Below the pieces are notes generated by a model, which was given only the letters and a program-made list of their open reading frames with translations, made no database searches and had not been told where the DNA came from. Source: a virus (taxonomy: Duplodnaviria; Caudoviricetes). Taken from it: a DNA stretch of 64,000 bases. The stretch covers positions 10,582 to 74,581 of the IMG/VR virus record IMGVR_UViG_2593339273_000007. One strand, 5' to 3'. Below, piece after piece: positions 36,210 to 45,678 of this stretch; the stretch's first letter is position 1, and every line of letters begins with the position of its first letter. The translations under genes and the position numbers were made by a program.

Positions 36210-38159
36210 TTATACACCCCCTGCTTTAGCCAATTTCATTCTTTTTACAAGTCTACTAACTAATAAATCAATATCGGCTTCTTCTCTTACTGTAATATCA
36301 TTTATATTTATCACAATACGTTCTTGATCTCTATTTTCATACTCATTTGCCTCTCGTTTTGTCAGTAATTTTTCCCCTTGATGAGCTCTAATTGGGTAGT
36401 TGTCATAGGGTATTCTTGACTGTCCCATAGCTCTTCTCGCATATGAGGGTACTCCACTGTTGTCTACACCTATGCCACCGCTACTACTGCCTGTTTGGAA
36501 ACCATCTAAGCCATTAAGCCCCTCAAAGTTGGTATTTCTCATATGATTGATAGTTTTATCCCACCATTGCATAACATCTTTTAATGCGCCAACGATACCG
36601 CTGATAGCATTATTAATCCCAGTTAATAGTGGTAATATTACTTTATCAGCAAGTTTAAGTTTCACCTGCATTAATTGCCATTTTTTCTCCCAATCAGATG
36701 CCAATAATTTTATTGCATTTTTTATAAAATCAGGATTTTCTTTCAAAAATTTAAACACATCTTCAGCTACACCTTTGAAAAATTGGAATACATCCCCCAT
36801 TCCTTCAAATGCACCATTTACCTGTTGACCAAACATATTTATGGCTTCTTGTGCTTCCGGAGAATTAGTAATAATATGATTATAAACATCATCCAGCATA
36901 TCCGTTATTGGCTTCGCTGCCGTTTTTAGCTTACTAAAATCGATACCCCCAAAATTAGTAATATCTAATAACTTCCATAGTCCGTCAATAGCTTTTTCTG
37001 CATCTGTAAACAAACCGCTAAAGAAATCCTTAACTATTTGACTGTCGAAAATCTTTTGCATTCTTTCATACATAGGTGTATATACTTTTGATTCTAGTAA
37101 GTTATTTGCTATTACCCAAGCATCTTTGAAGTTCATAGGTATATTTTGGAATTCTTTATTTACCTGTTCTGAATTTTTAAGAATTGCACGTTTAACTAAA
37201 TCAGCAGTAAGAAGACCCTCTTTCCCGGCTTCCTTAATGCCCATTCCAACTTCTTTTTCAATCATTTTCGCCATTAGTGGAGCTGACTCCCTTATCGTTC
37301 TAAGTTCATCACCTTGGAGTGTACCACTTGCCAAACCTTGATTTAACTGATACATTGCTGAACTTGCTTCTTCTCCTGATGAACCACCTTTTCTAAATGA
37401 TTGCATAGCAGTTTGGTAGAATTTAGCAGCTTCTTGAGGTTTACCGCCAAACACATCAGGTGACATCTGCATAAGCTTAGTCATACCATTTCTAACATCA
37501 GATAAATTTGATCGTGAATTTCTAGCTACACCCTGGACTAGACTATCATATCCACCAATACTCATACCACCTCTATCAAGTGAACTTGCCCTAGCTTTGT
37601 AATCCGAATAATTATTATATCCGTCAATTGTAACTTTTATGACCTTATCTTTAAGGCTATTAAGACCTTGCTGAATCTTCTGTATTCCCCATTGGGTCAT
37701 ATCGTTTAATTTCACTTTAATATCGTTATATGCACTTTTAGCAAGTTTCCCAATCCCAAGGCTTATCAATCCTATTCCAGCCAACACGGGATGTTTTCCT
37801 AAAAGTTTAAGTGGGATACTTCCAAGTGGTCCTAGCTTATTAAGCTTACCACCGATGGCATCCAACCCTTTAGATGCTAAATCTTTTACTTCAATAGGTA
37901 TCTTATTCGATTTTTTTATCATATCACCAAAAGATTTGTACTTCTTTGATACTTCATCAACTTGTTTTTTAGCATCCTTACCATCCACTTTTAATTTTTT
38001 ATTACCTTTCAAGCTCTTATCAAATTCCTTATTGGCTTTTTCAATTTCTTTCGTTTCCTTTTTAAATTTTCTAAGCTCCGCTTGCATCCGCTTTAATTCT
38101 TTAGTCATTAAATCTTCAGCTTTAAACCTAGCTTTCAATTCTGTTGTATTTGTTGCCAT
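36210..38159 (-). CDS. tape measure protein
   Basis: AMYQLNQGLASGTLQGDELRTIRE tape-measure motif; position after the chaperones. Confidence 0.9.
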   Translation of the reverse strand: MATNTTELKARFKAEDLMTKELKRMQAELRKFKKETKEIEKANKEFDKSLKGNKKLKVDGKDAKKQVDEVSKKYKSFGDMIKKSNKIPIEVKDLASKGLDAIGGKLNKLGPLGSIPLKLLGKHPVLAGIGLISLGIGKLAKSAYNDIKVKLNDMTQWGIQKIQQGLNSLKDKVIKVTIDGYNNYSDYKARASSLDRGGMSIGGYDSLVQGVARNSRSNLSDVRNGMTKLMQMSPDVFGGKPQEAAKFYQTAMQSFRKGGSSGEEASSAMYQLNQGLASGTLQGDELRTIRESAPLMAKMIEKEVGMGIKEAGKEGLLTADLVKRAILKNSEQVNKEFQNIPMNFKDAWVIANNLLESKVYTPMYERMQKIFDSQIVKDFFSGLFTDAEKAIDGLWKLLDITNFGGIDFSKLKTAAKPITDMLDDVYNHIITNSPEAQEAINMFGQQVNGAFEGMGDVFQFFKGVAEDVFKFLKENPDFIKNAIKLLASDWEKKWQLMQVKLKLADKVILPLLTGINNAISGIVGALKDVMQWWDKTINHMRNTNFEGLNGLDGFQTGSSSGGIGVDNSGVPSYARRAMGQSRIPYDNYPIRAHQGEKLLTKREANEYENRDQERIVININDITVREEADIDLLVSRLVKRMKLAKAGGV

Positions 38160-38162
38160 CTA

Positions 38163-38357
38163 CTACCCCCTTTCTCCCACCATAAAAGGGCAAAGTTGAT
38201 ATTTTTTCTCGTCTAATCTATCTTCTATTTCTTTGAATAGAAATGCCTTCATCATTCTATATTCACCAATATCTGATTTCTTTTTTTTATATAATTCAGA
38301 TGGAGTCAGTCTTGCGTACTTCCAGAAATAGTAAAAAGTACGCAATTCATCATCCAC
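38163..38357 (-). CDS. tail assembly chaperone C-terminal extension (gpT-like, reached by -1 frameshift)
   Basis: In the -1 frame behind slippery A AAA AAC at 38372-38366. Confidence 0.7.
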   Translation of the reverse strand: MDDELRTFYYFWKYARLTPSELYKKKKSDIGEYRMMKAFLFKEIEDRLDEKKYQLCPFMVGERG

Positions 38358-38362
38358 CTCAA

Positions 38363-38800
38363 TTAGTTTTTTATTTCATCTTCCTTTGGTATATTATTAA
38401 TTAAATTATCATATGCAGCATATAATAAATCTATTTCGTCTGGGGTAAGCAAAACTAATACGAGATCAGTTGGTGTCCCTACCTTAAACTTGCTTATAAG
38501 TTCTTTATTTTTAAATAGTGCTTCACCATTATAGAATACAGAATAAACTAAAGTCAGCAACTTTCTCATCCTATTATTTTCAGCCATTTCTAGCTTCCCT
38601 TTGTCTGCCATCTTAAGCTTGTAACCATACTCTTCAAGCTCTGCTTCTTGCTCCAAACTCATCCTACGCATTTCAATGATAAAAGGTTGATTAAACATTC
38701 TAGACAAGCTATCTATTTCTATTTCCTCTTTTTTAACTAAAAAATCATCTCTATCTTTACTAAGCAATAAATCAATCAAATTAACATTTTTTTCACTCAT
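38363..38800 (-). CDS. XkdN-like tail assembly chaperone
   Basis: NLIDLLL start, ends EIKN*; lies between tube and tape measure. Confidence 0.82.
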   Translation of the reverse strand: MSEKNVNLIDLLLSKDRDDFLVKKEEIEIDSLSRMFNQPFIIEMRRMSLEQEAELEEYGYKLKMADKGKLEMAENNRMRKLLTLVYSVFYNGEALFKNKELISKFKVGTPTDLVLVLLTPDEIDLLYAAYDNLINNIPKEDEIKN

Positions 38801-38811
38801 TTTTTATCTCC

Positions 38812-39258
38812 TTATATCAAATCTATTGGGTCAAAATCATCAAATGTAAATGGGGCTTCTATTTTTCCAACCTCTCCATTTTTAAAGTCAGCAAGGGTTA
38901 AGTCATCAAATTGCACTCCCATATATCTAATTCTTTCAGCTCCCACATTATCAGGGTCATCAAGCTTAGATATAATTTCAAAACTAATTGTTTTTTGCTC
39001 TTTCATTCTAACACCAATCAACTTTGTCATTCTTGATGAAACCTTAGTCATAGTGCAAGACCCTTTACCCTCTGCTCCTGTTGTTTTATGGGCGTCTATC
39101 ATTTGTCTTGGTCTTGGTATTGCCGTCTTTTTAAAATCTATTTTAGCTTGAAACCCTTCAAGTTCTGCAACATATTCCCCATCTAACCACAGCTCACCGA
39201 AAGTACCACTTATACCATCAGTACCTAGTATCTGTTTTACTTGTTCTTTATCTGCCAT
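38812..39258 (-). CDS. XkdM-like tail tube protein
   Basis: GTFGELWLDG, SKLDDPD..GAER, FDDLTLADF, EAPFTF. Confidence 0.9.
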   Translation of the reverse strand: MADKEQVKQILGTDGISGTFGELWLDGEYVAELEGFQAKIDFKKTAIPRPRQMIDAHKTTGAEGKGSCTMTKVSSRMTKLIGVRMKEQKTISFEIISKLDDPDNVGAERIRYMGVQFDDLTLADFKNGEVGKIEAPFTFDDFDPIDLI

Positions 39259-39271
39259 ATTTAAGCACCTC

Positions 39272-40372
39272 CTAAACATTTATATTTATATAAAAATCTT
39301 CCATAGCATCCACGCCCTTAAGCGTTATCACTATAAAAACTTTTGAACCAGTATTAAATTCTTTAAGCTCCTGTTCACTCAAAGATTTTACATCAACACC
39401 CTTTTCAATCAAATATTTTTTTTGTGCTTCCATATCAATATTTACAGAAAATCCATTTGCTATCATTTCACTTCTGTTCAAATCCTCTAAAAATCCTTTT
39501 ATTTCAGATATCAGCAAACATTTATTATCATAGCTATTAGATACCTTACCTACATAAAAATCGGTAATGGACTTTTTAACAGCGTTATTAATCATCTTAT
39601 ACGTTCGTACTAGCTTTATTTTCTTGAAAGTTTCTCCTTCATTTCCATCAACGCCAGTTAGAGATGTAACACCTCTGGCTATTCTTACTTTACCGCCTTT
39701 TTTTACGAGTACCAACTTACCAGCATTTATTAAAGAGTTCAATTCTTCATTAGTTTTTTTAGGTATATTAGTGATGAACGGCACATTGCAATATGTTATG
39801 GATTGTGTAAAAGGTGTACCTGCACACGCACCAACGATAAAAGGCAATAGTTTATTGGCAGTGTAGGTAACTGAACCTTCCTTTATATTATCTGTCGCAA
39901 ACTCAATCACACTACTTGAATTACTTGGATTATTTGTTGCTATTACAACATCCGCCCAATGTCCTATTTCCTTAAGTTTGTTAATGAATGCTATTAGCTT
40001 TGGATTTTCAACCTCGTCTGTAGCATCAGGCATACACATATAATTGAATTCAACATTTTCTAATACCTCAAGTGCGTTATCTAATGTATCATCACTACCT
40101 ATTGAATATACAATAACCTTTGATGGTGTGTACGCTCTTTCCTCAAGCACCCCACCTACTCTCACATCCTGAATATTACCTTTGAATGCGTGCTCTATAT
40201 ACATAAGATTATCAGATTTATACTTTTCAGTTACTTGATCAAATGACACGTATTCTTTCAAACCCTTAACAGTTGAGTCCTTTAATATCAAAAGAGCCAC
40301 ACTAGTACTAGCACCTTCTAATGCTCTTCTTTTTTCTTCTTTGAAACTAATTTTTAACTCAGTTAGCCCCAT
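39272..40372 (-). CDS. XkdK-like tail sheath protein
   Basis: RIARGVTSL, FKKIKLV, YVGKVSNSYDNK, DAMED. Confidence 0.9.
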   Translation of the reverse strand: MGLTELKISFKEEKRRALEGASTSVALLILKDSTVKGLKEYVSFDQVTEKYKSDNLMYIEHAFKGNIQDVRVGGVLEERAYTPSKVIVYSIGSDDTLDNALEVLENVEFNYMCMPDATDEVENPKLIAFINKLKEIGHWADVVIATNNPSNSSSVIEFATDNIKEGSVTYTANKLLPFIVGACAGTPFTQSITYCNVPFITNIPKKTNEELNSLINAGKLVLVKKGGKVRIARGVTSLTGVDGNEGETFKKIKLVRTYKMINNAVKKSITDFYVGKVSNSYDNKCLLISEIKGFLEDLNRSEMIANGFSVNIDMEAQKKYLIEKGVDVKSLSEQELKEFNTGSKVFIVITLKGVDAMEDFYININV

Positions 40373-40862
40373 TTTTTACCTCACTTTCTATTTTTAATAC
40401 GTCACTACTACGCATTCTTATAACTTCAATCACATTACTATCATTTTTATCAAAATATACCTGTTCATGATAACTTGTTTTAATGCTAAAATTCAAAGTA
40501 TACCCCACTTCATCTTTTAGTATCAAAGTGTCAATATCGGATATATGAATATATCTTCTACCAACCTTTATACTTCTTACAAATTGAGTTTCTAACAATT
40601 CTTTGATTTCATTTAAATCGGATTTTTTAACTCTACCGTGTGGGAAGTATCGTATGTCAATTACAAGTGATTTTTTATTAAAGTGTAAATTTACTGATTT
40701 TGAATTTTCTATATGAACATCAATAAAAAAACAGCTACCTTTATTTAAATATAATTGTAATTGGTCGTCATCATCTGTTATTTTACATTTATAGTCAGTA
40801 TCCTTTATGGTCTCATAAATCATAGATGATACTGATTTAATCAATTCATTTATCTTAATCAT
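40359..40862 (-). CDS. tail terminator-like protein
   Basis: Position before the sheath; CFFID..IDIRYFP motif. Confidence 0.65.
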   Translation of the reverse strand: MIKINELIKSVSSMIYETIKDTDYKCKITDDDDQLQLYLNKGSCFFIDVHIENSKSVNLHFNKKSLVIDIRYFPHGRVKKSDLNEIKELLETQFVRSIKVGRRYIHISDIDTLILKDEVGYTLNFSIKTSYHEQVYFDKNDSNVIEVIRMRSSDVLKIESEVKNGAN

Positions 40863-41323
40863 TATTTACCACCCGTAATCTCATCCAATATTCTTTTACC
40901 TTCTTTTTCTAATGTTTCTTTTCCTACCTTCATAGCATTTCTAAGCATAAATTTACCTGGAACAAATAGTATTTTTCCATCATCACCAACTACACTCTTA
41001 CGTCTACGCTTAGATGGTTTAAGTCCCATACCTGCCCTAGTCCTATGACCGTATTCAACATCCCAAGCATAGTATTCCCCCTTAGACTGTACATCGTTAT
41101 ATATTTCAACCGAATCTCCTAAATCTCTTATTTTCCATCCACGTCTTAGATTTCCTGCCGTTTTAGCTTTAGGATTTTTATTCACCGGAGTATTTTCAAC
41201 CACGTCTTCAAGTATTTCAGTAGCAACAGTCATTTTTAATTTATCAAATTCTTCAGGTATTTTCTTTTCAATATTTTCAAGTCGTTTTATTAACTCATCC
41301 ATTCCCTCAAATTCAAAACTCAT
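40862..41323 (-). CDS. HK97 gp10-family neck protein
   Basis: TPV..GNLRRGW, YAWDVEYGHR, FVPGKFML. Confidence 0.85.
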   Translation of the reverse strand: MSFEFEGMDELIKRLENIEKKIPEEFDKLKMTVATEILEDVVENTPVNKNPKAKTAGNLRRGWKIRDLGDSVEIYNDVQSKGEYYAWDVEYGHRTRAGMGLKPSKRRRKSVVGDDGKILFVPGKFMLRNAMKVGKETLEKEGKRILDEITGGK

Positions 41324-41655
41324 TATACTCTCTCCTTCAGCGTTACCGGAATCTCTAAATGTGACGCCCACTTAAAAGGTATACCTGCCACACAATCATA
41401 TACACGACCTAAATGAGTTATAACAAGTTTATCACCCTCTATAACATCTTCTTCAGGTCGTGTATACACTGTATAATCAATAACTATTTCATTATCGTGA
41501 TATCCTGTGGTCGCCTTATCTAGTTCACAAAGCACATTAGATTTAATAGTTTGTGGCTTCATTGTAGTTAAGTGTGAATCATCTTCTATTTCCATGTGTC
41601 TAATTATATCCATTCTATCATGGTAGGTACTTGCCAATATGTCTGATTCTCTCAC
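41323..41655 (-). CDS. head-tail adaptor/closure protein
   Basis: Position; EGDKLVIT..AGIP..SHLEI. Confidence 0.7.
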   Translation of the reverse strand: MRESDILASTYHDRMDIIRHMEIEDDSHLTTMKPQTIKSNVLCELDKATTGYHDNEIVIDYTVYTRPEEDVIEGDKLVITHLGRVYDCVAGIPFKWASHLEIPVTLKERV

Positions 41656-42027
41656 TTAGTTACCTCCATTCATTCTGATAGTTCCGACTTTCTTAAACCT
41701 TATTAAATGCGTTTTATATTTACTTATCAAATCATCCACACTTGTTATTTTAGTGTTAGTACTAACATTATATTCTATTTTCGTATTCCCTCTAGTTATG
41801 GATTTAATCCCACCTGTATTTTGAGTATCTTGACCACTAGAAGATAGTGATTTATTATACTCAGCCAGCATCTCCACAATAACAAGTTCTAATTCGGTTG
41901 GTATATCTTCCCTATTACAATAGTTTTTTATCTTTTGAATTAGGATATCGAGAACGAGAGATATAGTTATCTCGTTCTCGATAGTTCCTACTAATATCTT
42001 GAGTTTTTCAATTATTCTCTCGTTCAT
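41656..42027 (-). CDS. head-tail connector (SPP1 gp15-like)
   Basis: IKNYCNREDIP, IKSITRGNTKIEY. Confidence 0.82.
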   Translation of the reverse strand: MNERIIEKLKILVGTIENEITISLVLDILIQKIKNYCNREDIPTELELVIVEMLAEYNKSLSSSGQDTQNTGGIKSITRGNTKIEYNVSTNTKITSVDDLISKYKTHLIRFKKVGTIRMNGGN

Positions 42028-42038
42028 CTAAATCACCC

Positions 42039-42884
42039 CTAAACAGCTTTTATCTGACAAGTAAAATTAACCAATGCCTTTGGTTCAATAACTTTTGTAC
42101 CATAAACAAATAACCCTTTTACCGCATCAGCAAAAGTTTTTTCTGGTCTGTATGGCTCTATCTTTGTTATCTGACCTGCATAGCTAATTGCTTGGTCTGT
42201 TCCAGCCATTATTGAATACTTCTTAGTTGATACAGGCACGTTATTAGACATTCTAAGGTTAAACCCTGCTACATCAGCACCATCCACTACACCATTTTCT
42301 AGCACTTTGAAATCCTTAGTGAATCTTGGGTCTTTTGATAACATCCCTAAATACCAAGCTGGTATAATGGCAAATCTGCCGGCTCTTGTTACATTATTTT
42401 CATCTAGTTTAACAGCCAAATCAACTAACTGATCATAAGCGTTCGCTACTTCAATATCAACAGGTGCTGACGAAGTACCAACTTTTATTCCTGCATCTTT
42501 TACAAAACTCGCTATATGTTGATCTATTACATCACCAATCGCATATGATGCTCTATCCATAGCTTTATCAACTAACTTAATATTCGCTTGAGCTGCGTCG
42601 ATATCGTCAACTTTAAAGTTAAAATATTTCGCTTGGTCTATAACTAGTTCCTGTTGAGTTGAAGTTATTTCTTCTGGGTCTGCAAGCTTCTTTGCTGCAC
42701 CATCACCAGTTAAATAATCTTTTATTGAGATAGGTCCAATCTGATTAATTTTAACCTTATCACCCAAATTTTTGATTTCCCCTTCGTAGTCATGATTTAC
42801 CACATTAGCATACACTAATTTTTTATCTAAGTTTGCAAGTAGCCTAGCACTCCACAGTGTAGGTATAAAATTCTTTACTGTCAT
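42039..42884 (-). CDS. major capsid protein (P22 coat-like family)
   Basis: NFIPTLWSARLL, DYEGEI..GDKVKI, IDQAKYFNFKVDDID, FADAVKGLFVYG. Confidence 0.9.
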   Translation of the reverse strand: MTVKNFIPTLWSARLLANLDKKLVYANVVNHDYEGEIKNLGDKVKINQIGPISIKDYLTGDGAAKKLADPEEITSTQQELVIDQAKYFNFKVDDIDAAQANIKLVDKAMDRASYAIGDVIDQHIASFVKDAGIKVGTSSAPVDIEVANAYDQLVDLAVKLDENNVTRAGRFAIIPAWYLGMLSKDPRFTKDFKVLENGVVDGADVAGFNLRMSNNVPVSTKKYSIMAGTDQAISYAGQITKIEPYRPEKTFADAVKGLFVYGTKVIEPKALVNFTCQIKAV

Positions 42885-42905
42885 ATTAATTCACCATTAC
42901 CTTTC

Positions 42906-43535
42906 TTATAACTTCATGCCTTTGATTGAATCCCAATTTGCATTGATTTCATCAATAGACATACCCTTTAGCTTATCCACAGATATCGTAGTATTCTTGT
43001 CAGTAGTCTTGGGTGTTTTTCCTTTTAACCTCTCAGTAACAGCCTTTTCTACTGCACTATCAAACTTTTCTTTAAACAGCTTGATATTTTCATTTGTAGA
43101 TTCAGCATTTTCACCCATTAAAAAAGAACTAAATTCAACATCAAGCCCTTGTTTACCAAGTTCTTTTACTGTCTCTAGTTCCAATTGGTCTCTCTGAAAT
43201 TTTGCCCTCTCTGATTCAAACTTTTCCTTTTCTTTCTCAAACTGTGCCTTTGCTCTTTCATCTGCTGTCATCTTAGCAAGCTTCTCAGCTTCTGACTTTT
43301 CCTTTTCTAGTTTCTCCTGGTACTCTTTTTCCCATTTAGCTCTAGACGATTCCATCGCCTGTGTAACCCTTTTATCAGATTCAGATTGAATTAATTTCTG
43401 TAGTTCCTCATCTGTGTAAGTTTTACTCTCTGGCTTGTTTTCTTCTGGTGGATTCTCACCACCATTACCAGCTCCTGTATCTTCTGCCAGTAGCTGTAAA
43501 TTCATTCTTAATAGTCCCTGTAAGTTATTTTTCAT
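42906..43535 (-). CDS. capsid scaffolding protein (DUF4355)
   Basis: RMNLQLLAE (Prp-type cleavage motif), EAEKLAKMT, AVTERLKGKTP. Confidence 0.88.
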   Translation of the reverse strand: MKNNLQGLLRMNLQLLAEDTGAGNGGENPPEENKPESKTYTDEELQKLIQSESDKRVTQAMESSRAKWEKEYQEKLEKEKSEAEKLAKMTADERAKAQFEKEKEKFESERAKFQRDQLELETVKELGKQGLDVEFSSFLMGENAESTNENIKLFKEKFDSAVEKAVTERLKGKTPKTTDKNTTISVDKLKGMSIDEINANWDSIKGMKL

Positions 43536-43605
43536 CCCTTATAGTTACTCCTTTCATTGTAATAAAATAAGACCTTTTAACGTCGTGTCTAGGACGATTG
43601 TATTA

Positions 43606-43641
43606 AAAAAAGCACCTCAACATTTACTGTTAAAGTGCTTA
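43606..43641 (-). terminator. terminator after the YjcQ-like gene
   Basis: aagcac...gtgctt stem with U-tract on the minus strand. Confidence 0.55.
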
Positions 43642-43950
43642 TATAAATGGTGTGATGTCTTTAACATCTTTCAAACCATTCTTAATCTTTTGCATTGTAG
43701 AATTTTCTTGTAAAAACTCCATACCCTTGATTGTTAATCTAGGCTCTATTGCTTTAAATCCATATCCACCGCAATAATTAACTCTTGCAAAGCCATCAAT
43801 TAAATCATCATCAATCATTGACTGAAGTATTTTATTGCGTCTTTCTTCGCTTATTTTTAATGCTTCTAGAAATGTTCCATCAAATATATTGCTATCCATA
43901 GATTCTTCAATTCCTACAAGAATTTTATAAACTATTTTGAGATTGTCCAC
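43639..43950 (-). CDS. YjcQ family protein
   Basis: MDNLKIVYKIL, PRLTIKGMEFLQENSTMQK. Confidence 0.85.
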   Translation of the reverse strand: MDNLKIVYKILVGIEESMDSNIFDGTFLEALKISEERRNKILQSMIDDDLIDGFARVNYCGGYGFKAIEPRLTIKGMEFLQENSTMQKIKNGLKDVKDITPFI

Positions 43951-44114
43951 TATATCACCTCTTCAATATCATCTAGTTTTACATCTATATCTTCCCAAGT
44001 ATATTCATCATTACCAACAGTAACTAAAAAGACTTCATAATCTCCATATATCTCCATTACGTCACCTTCTCTACCGTCTTTTAATCTAACTCTATCATAC
44101 TGTTTTATTTTCAT
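43950..44114 (-). CDS. small acidic protein (54 aa), candidate immunity protein for the MuF toxin (DUF4926-like)
   Basis: Below the ORF-track cutoff; GAGGTG RBS; MKIKQYDRVRLKDGREGDVMEIYGDYEVFLVTVGNDEYTWEDIDVKLDDIEEVI*. Confidence 0.7.
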   Translation of the reverse strand: MKIKQYDRVRLKDGREGDVMEIYGDYEVFLVTVGNDEYTWEDIDVKLDDIEEVI

Positions 44115-44115
44115 A

Positions 44116-45678
44116 TTACTTCACCTCTTCAATTATCACAGTAGTTAAGTGTGTTTTATCCTTATCTACACCCCAACCTACTTTTACATTAGTTGGTATC
44201 CCGTCTTTATTGTACATGATAATTTTTTGTTCATACCTAGTTACATGACCATTGCTACCTTTATTTACAACTGGATTTTCTTTAGCCTTTTTAAGTATAT
44301 CTTTTTCGAACTCTTTATAATTATCTATGTTGTAGCCCAGCCTTTTTTCAATTAACTTTCCTTTATTCAAGCCACTTACGTTGTTGCCACCAAATAGATA
44401 TTTTTCAAATTTATTTTTGTCAATTGTTGCGGTGTCAACGTTAGGCAACTTCAGTTCAGGATTATTTTTAAGCTTCATTCTCCTAGTGTAATCAACACTT
44501 CTTAACCTTCTATCTCTTTCACTTTCATTATACTTTAAATCTTGGTAATTATCAAAACTTTTAGGAACTTGTACGCCTACATTTTTATACATTTCAAACT
44601 GTTTTTTATCACTATGTCTGTTCTTCCACTTCTTTTCTTCAATCAAATATTCAGGATTACTTTCAACATACTTCTTATACCACTCTTTATAATTTAAAGA
44701 CTTATCTACCTTTACCTCATTACCATCTTTATCCCTTGCTGTTCTAGTTCCTTCTAACTTTCCTGTATATGGTGCTGTTGCACTTCGGCATCTGGGGTGC
44801 ATTGGTGGATAGTTAACACCTGCTTGAGCTTCAGATACTAGATATATTTCGTGGTCTAATTCCCTACAAGTATCAGATGTTCTAAAGTCAAGAGTAGCTA
44901 TATAAATGTATTTTTGAACATTCATAGCTTCGTATGCTTTTTTAGTTCCGAGTCCACTGAAATATGCTTGTTCAGTGTGAATTAGTGTGGCTGCTGCTTT
45001 TTTACTAACATCTATTTTTTTAGTGATCTTATCTATTGCATCCTCAGTGTCTACACCTTGAATAGCTGACTGTATTATTATTTCCTCCAAAGTATCCTTT
45101 AACAAAGTTCTGTTTTTCCATATCCTCTCACTAAAATTTTTGCCACTCCAGGGTTTAGCAAACTCTTTTAATATTTCAGCTTTAGATAATACATTTAGAT
45201 TTTTAACAGTCACTTCACTGGCCACACTAACATCAAATAAAGTTTTAAAATAATTTGATTTAGTAGATTCATATAATAATCCCTCTACTTTTTCATCAGT
45301 AAATTTAAAAACACCATCTATATGCTTTTGTATCTCAAAGAATGATTGTTCAAGTCGTGAAATTCGGCTTCTAGCTGACAGCGTATTGAGTTCTAACAGA
45401 ATATTAGGGTTATCTATCATTTCCATATATTCAGCAAGCTCTCGTTTGAATTTAGTGTATTCTTTACCAGTTAAAAGTTTTATAGCTAAATCATAATCTA
45501 TCTCATTATTTTCAGAAAACCTATAAAATATCATTGCTATTTCTTTTTCTATCTTTTTCAAACAATTCTCAAATTGCTCATTAACCAACCTAATTACTTC
45601 ATCAGAATCCCTCAAATCTTCGAGTTGCCTTTCTTTAGCTCTTTTAATCCAGTAGTCCGATATTTTAACTTTCGGCAT
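44116..45678 (-). CDS. MuF/SPP1 gp7 minor head protein with a C-terminal toxin-like extension (DUF6883-like)
   Basis: ATLDFRTSDTC, NYPPMHPRCRS MuF motifs; extra ~110-aa tail IDKNKFEKYLF..KGKLIEKRLGY..VKVGW..HLTT. Confidence 0.85.
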   Translation of the reverse strand: MPKVKISDYWIKRAKERQLEDLRDSDEVIRLVNEQFENCLKKIEKEIAMIFYRFSENNEIDYDLAIKLLTGKEYTKFKRELAEYMEMIDNPNILLELNTLSARSRISRLEQSFFEIQKHIDGVFKFTDEKVEGLLYESTKSNYFKTLFDVSVASEVTVKNLNVLSKAEILKEFAKPWSGKNFSERIWKNRTLLKDTLEEIIIQSAIQGVDTEDAIDKITKKIDVSKKAAATLIHTEQAYFSGLGTKKAYEAMNVQKYIYIATLDFRTSDTCRELDHEIYLVSEAQAGVNYPPMHPRCRSATAPYTGKLEGTRTARDKDGNEVKVDKSLNYKEWYKKYVESNPEYLIEEKKWKNRHSDKKQFEMYKNVGVQVPKSFDNYQDLKYNESERDRRLRSVDYTRRMKLKNNPELKLPNVDTATIDKNKFEKYLFGGNNVSGLNKGKLIEKRLGYNIDNYKEFEKDILKKAKENPVVNKGSNGHVTRYEQKIIMYNKDGIPTNVKVGWGVDKDKTHLTTVIIEEVK

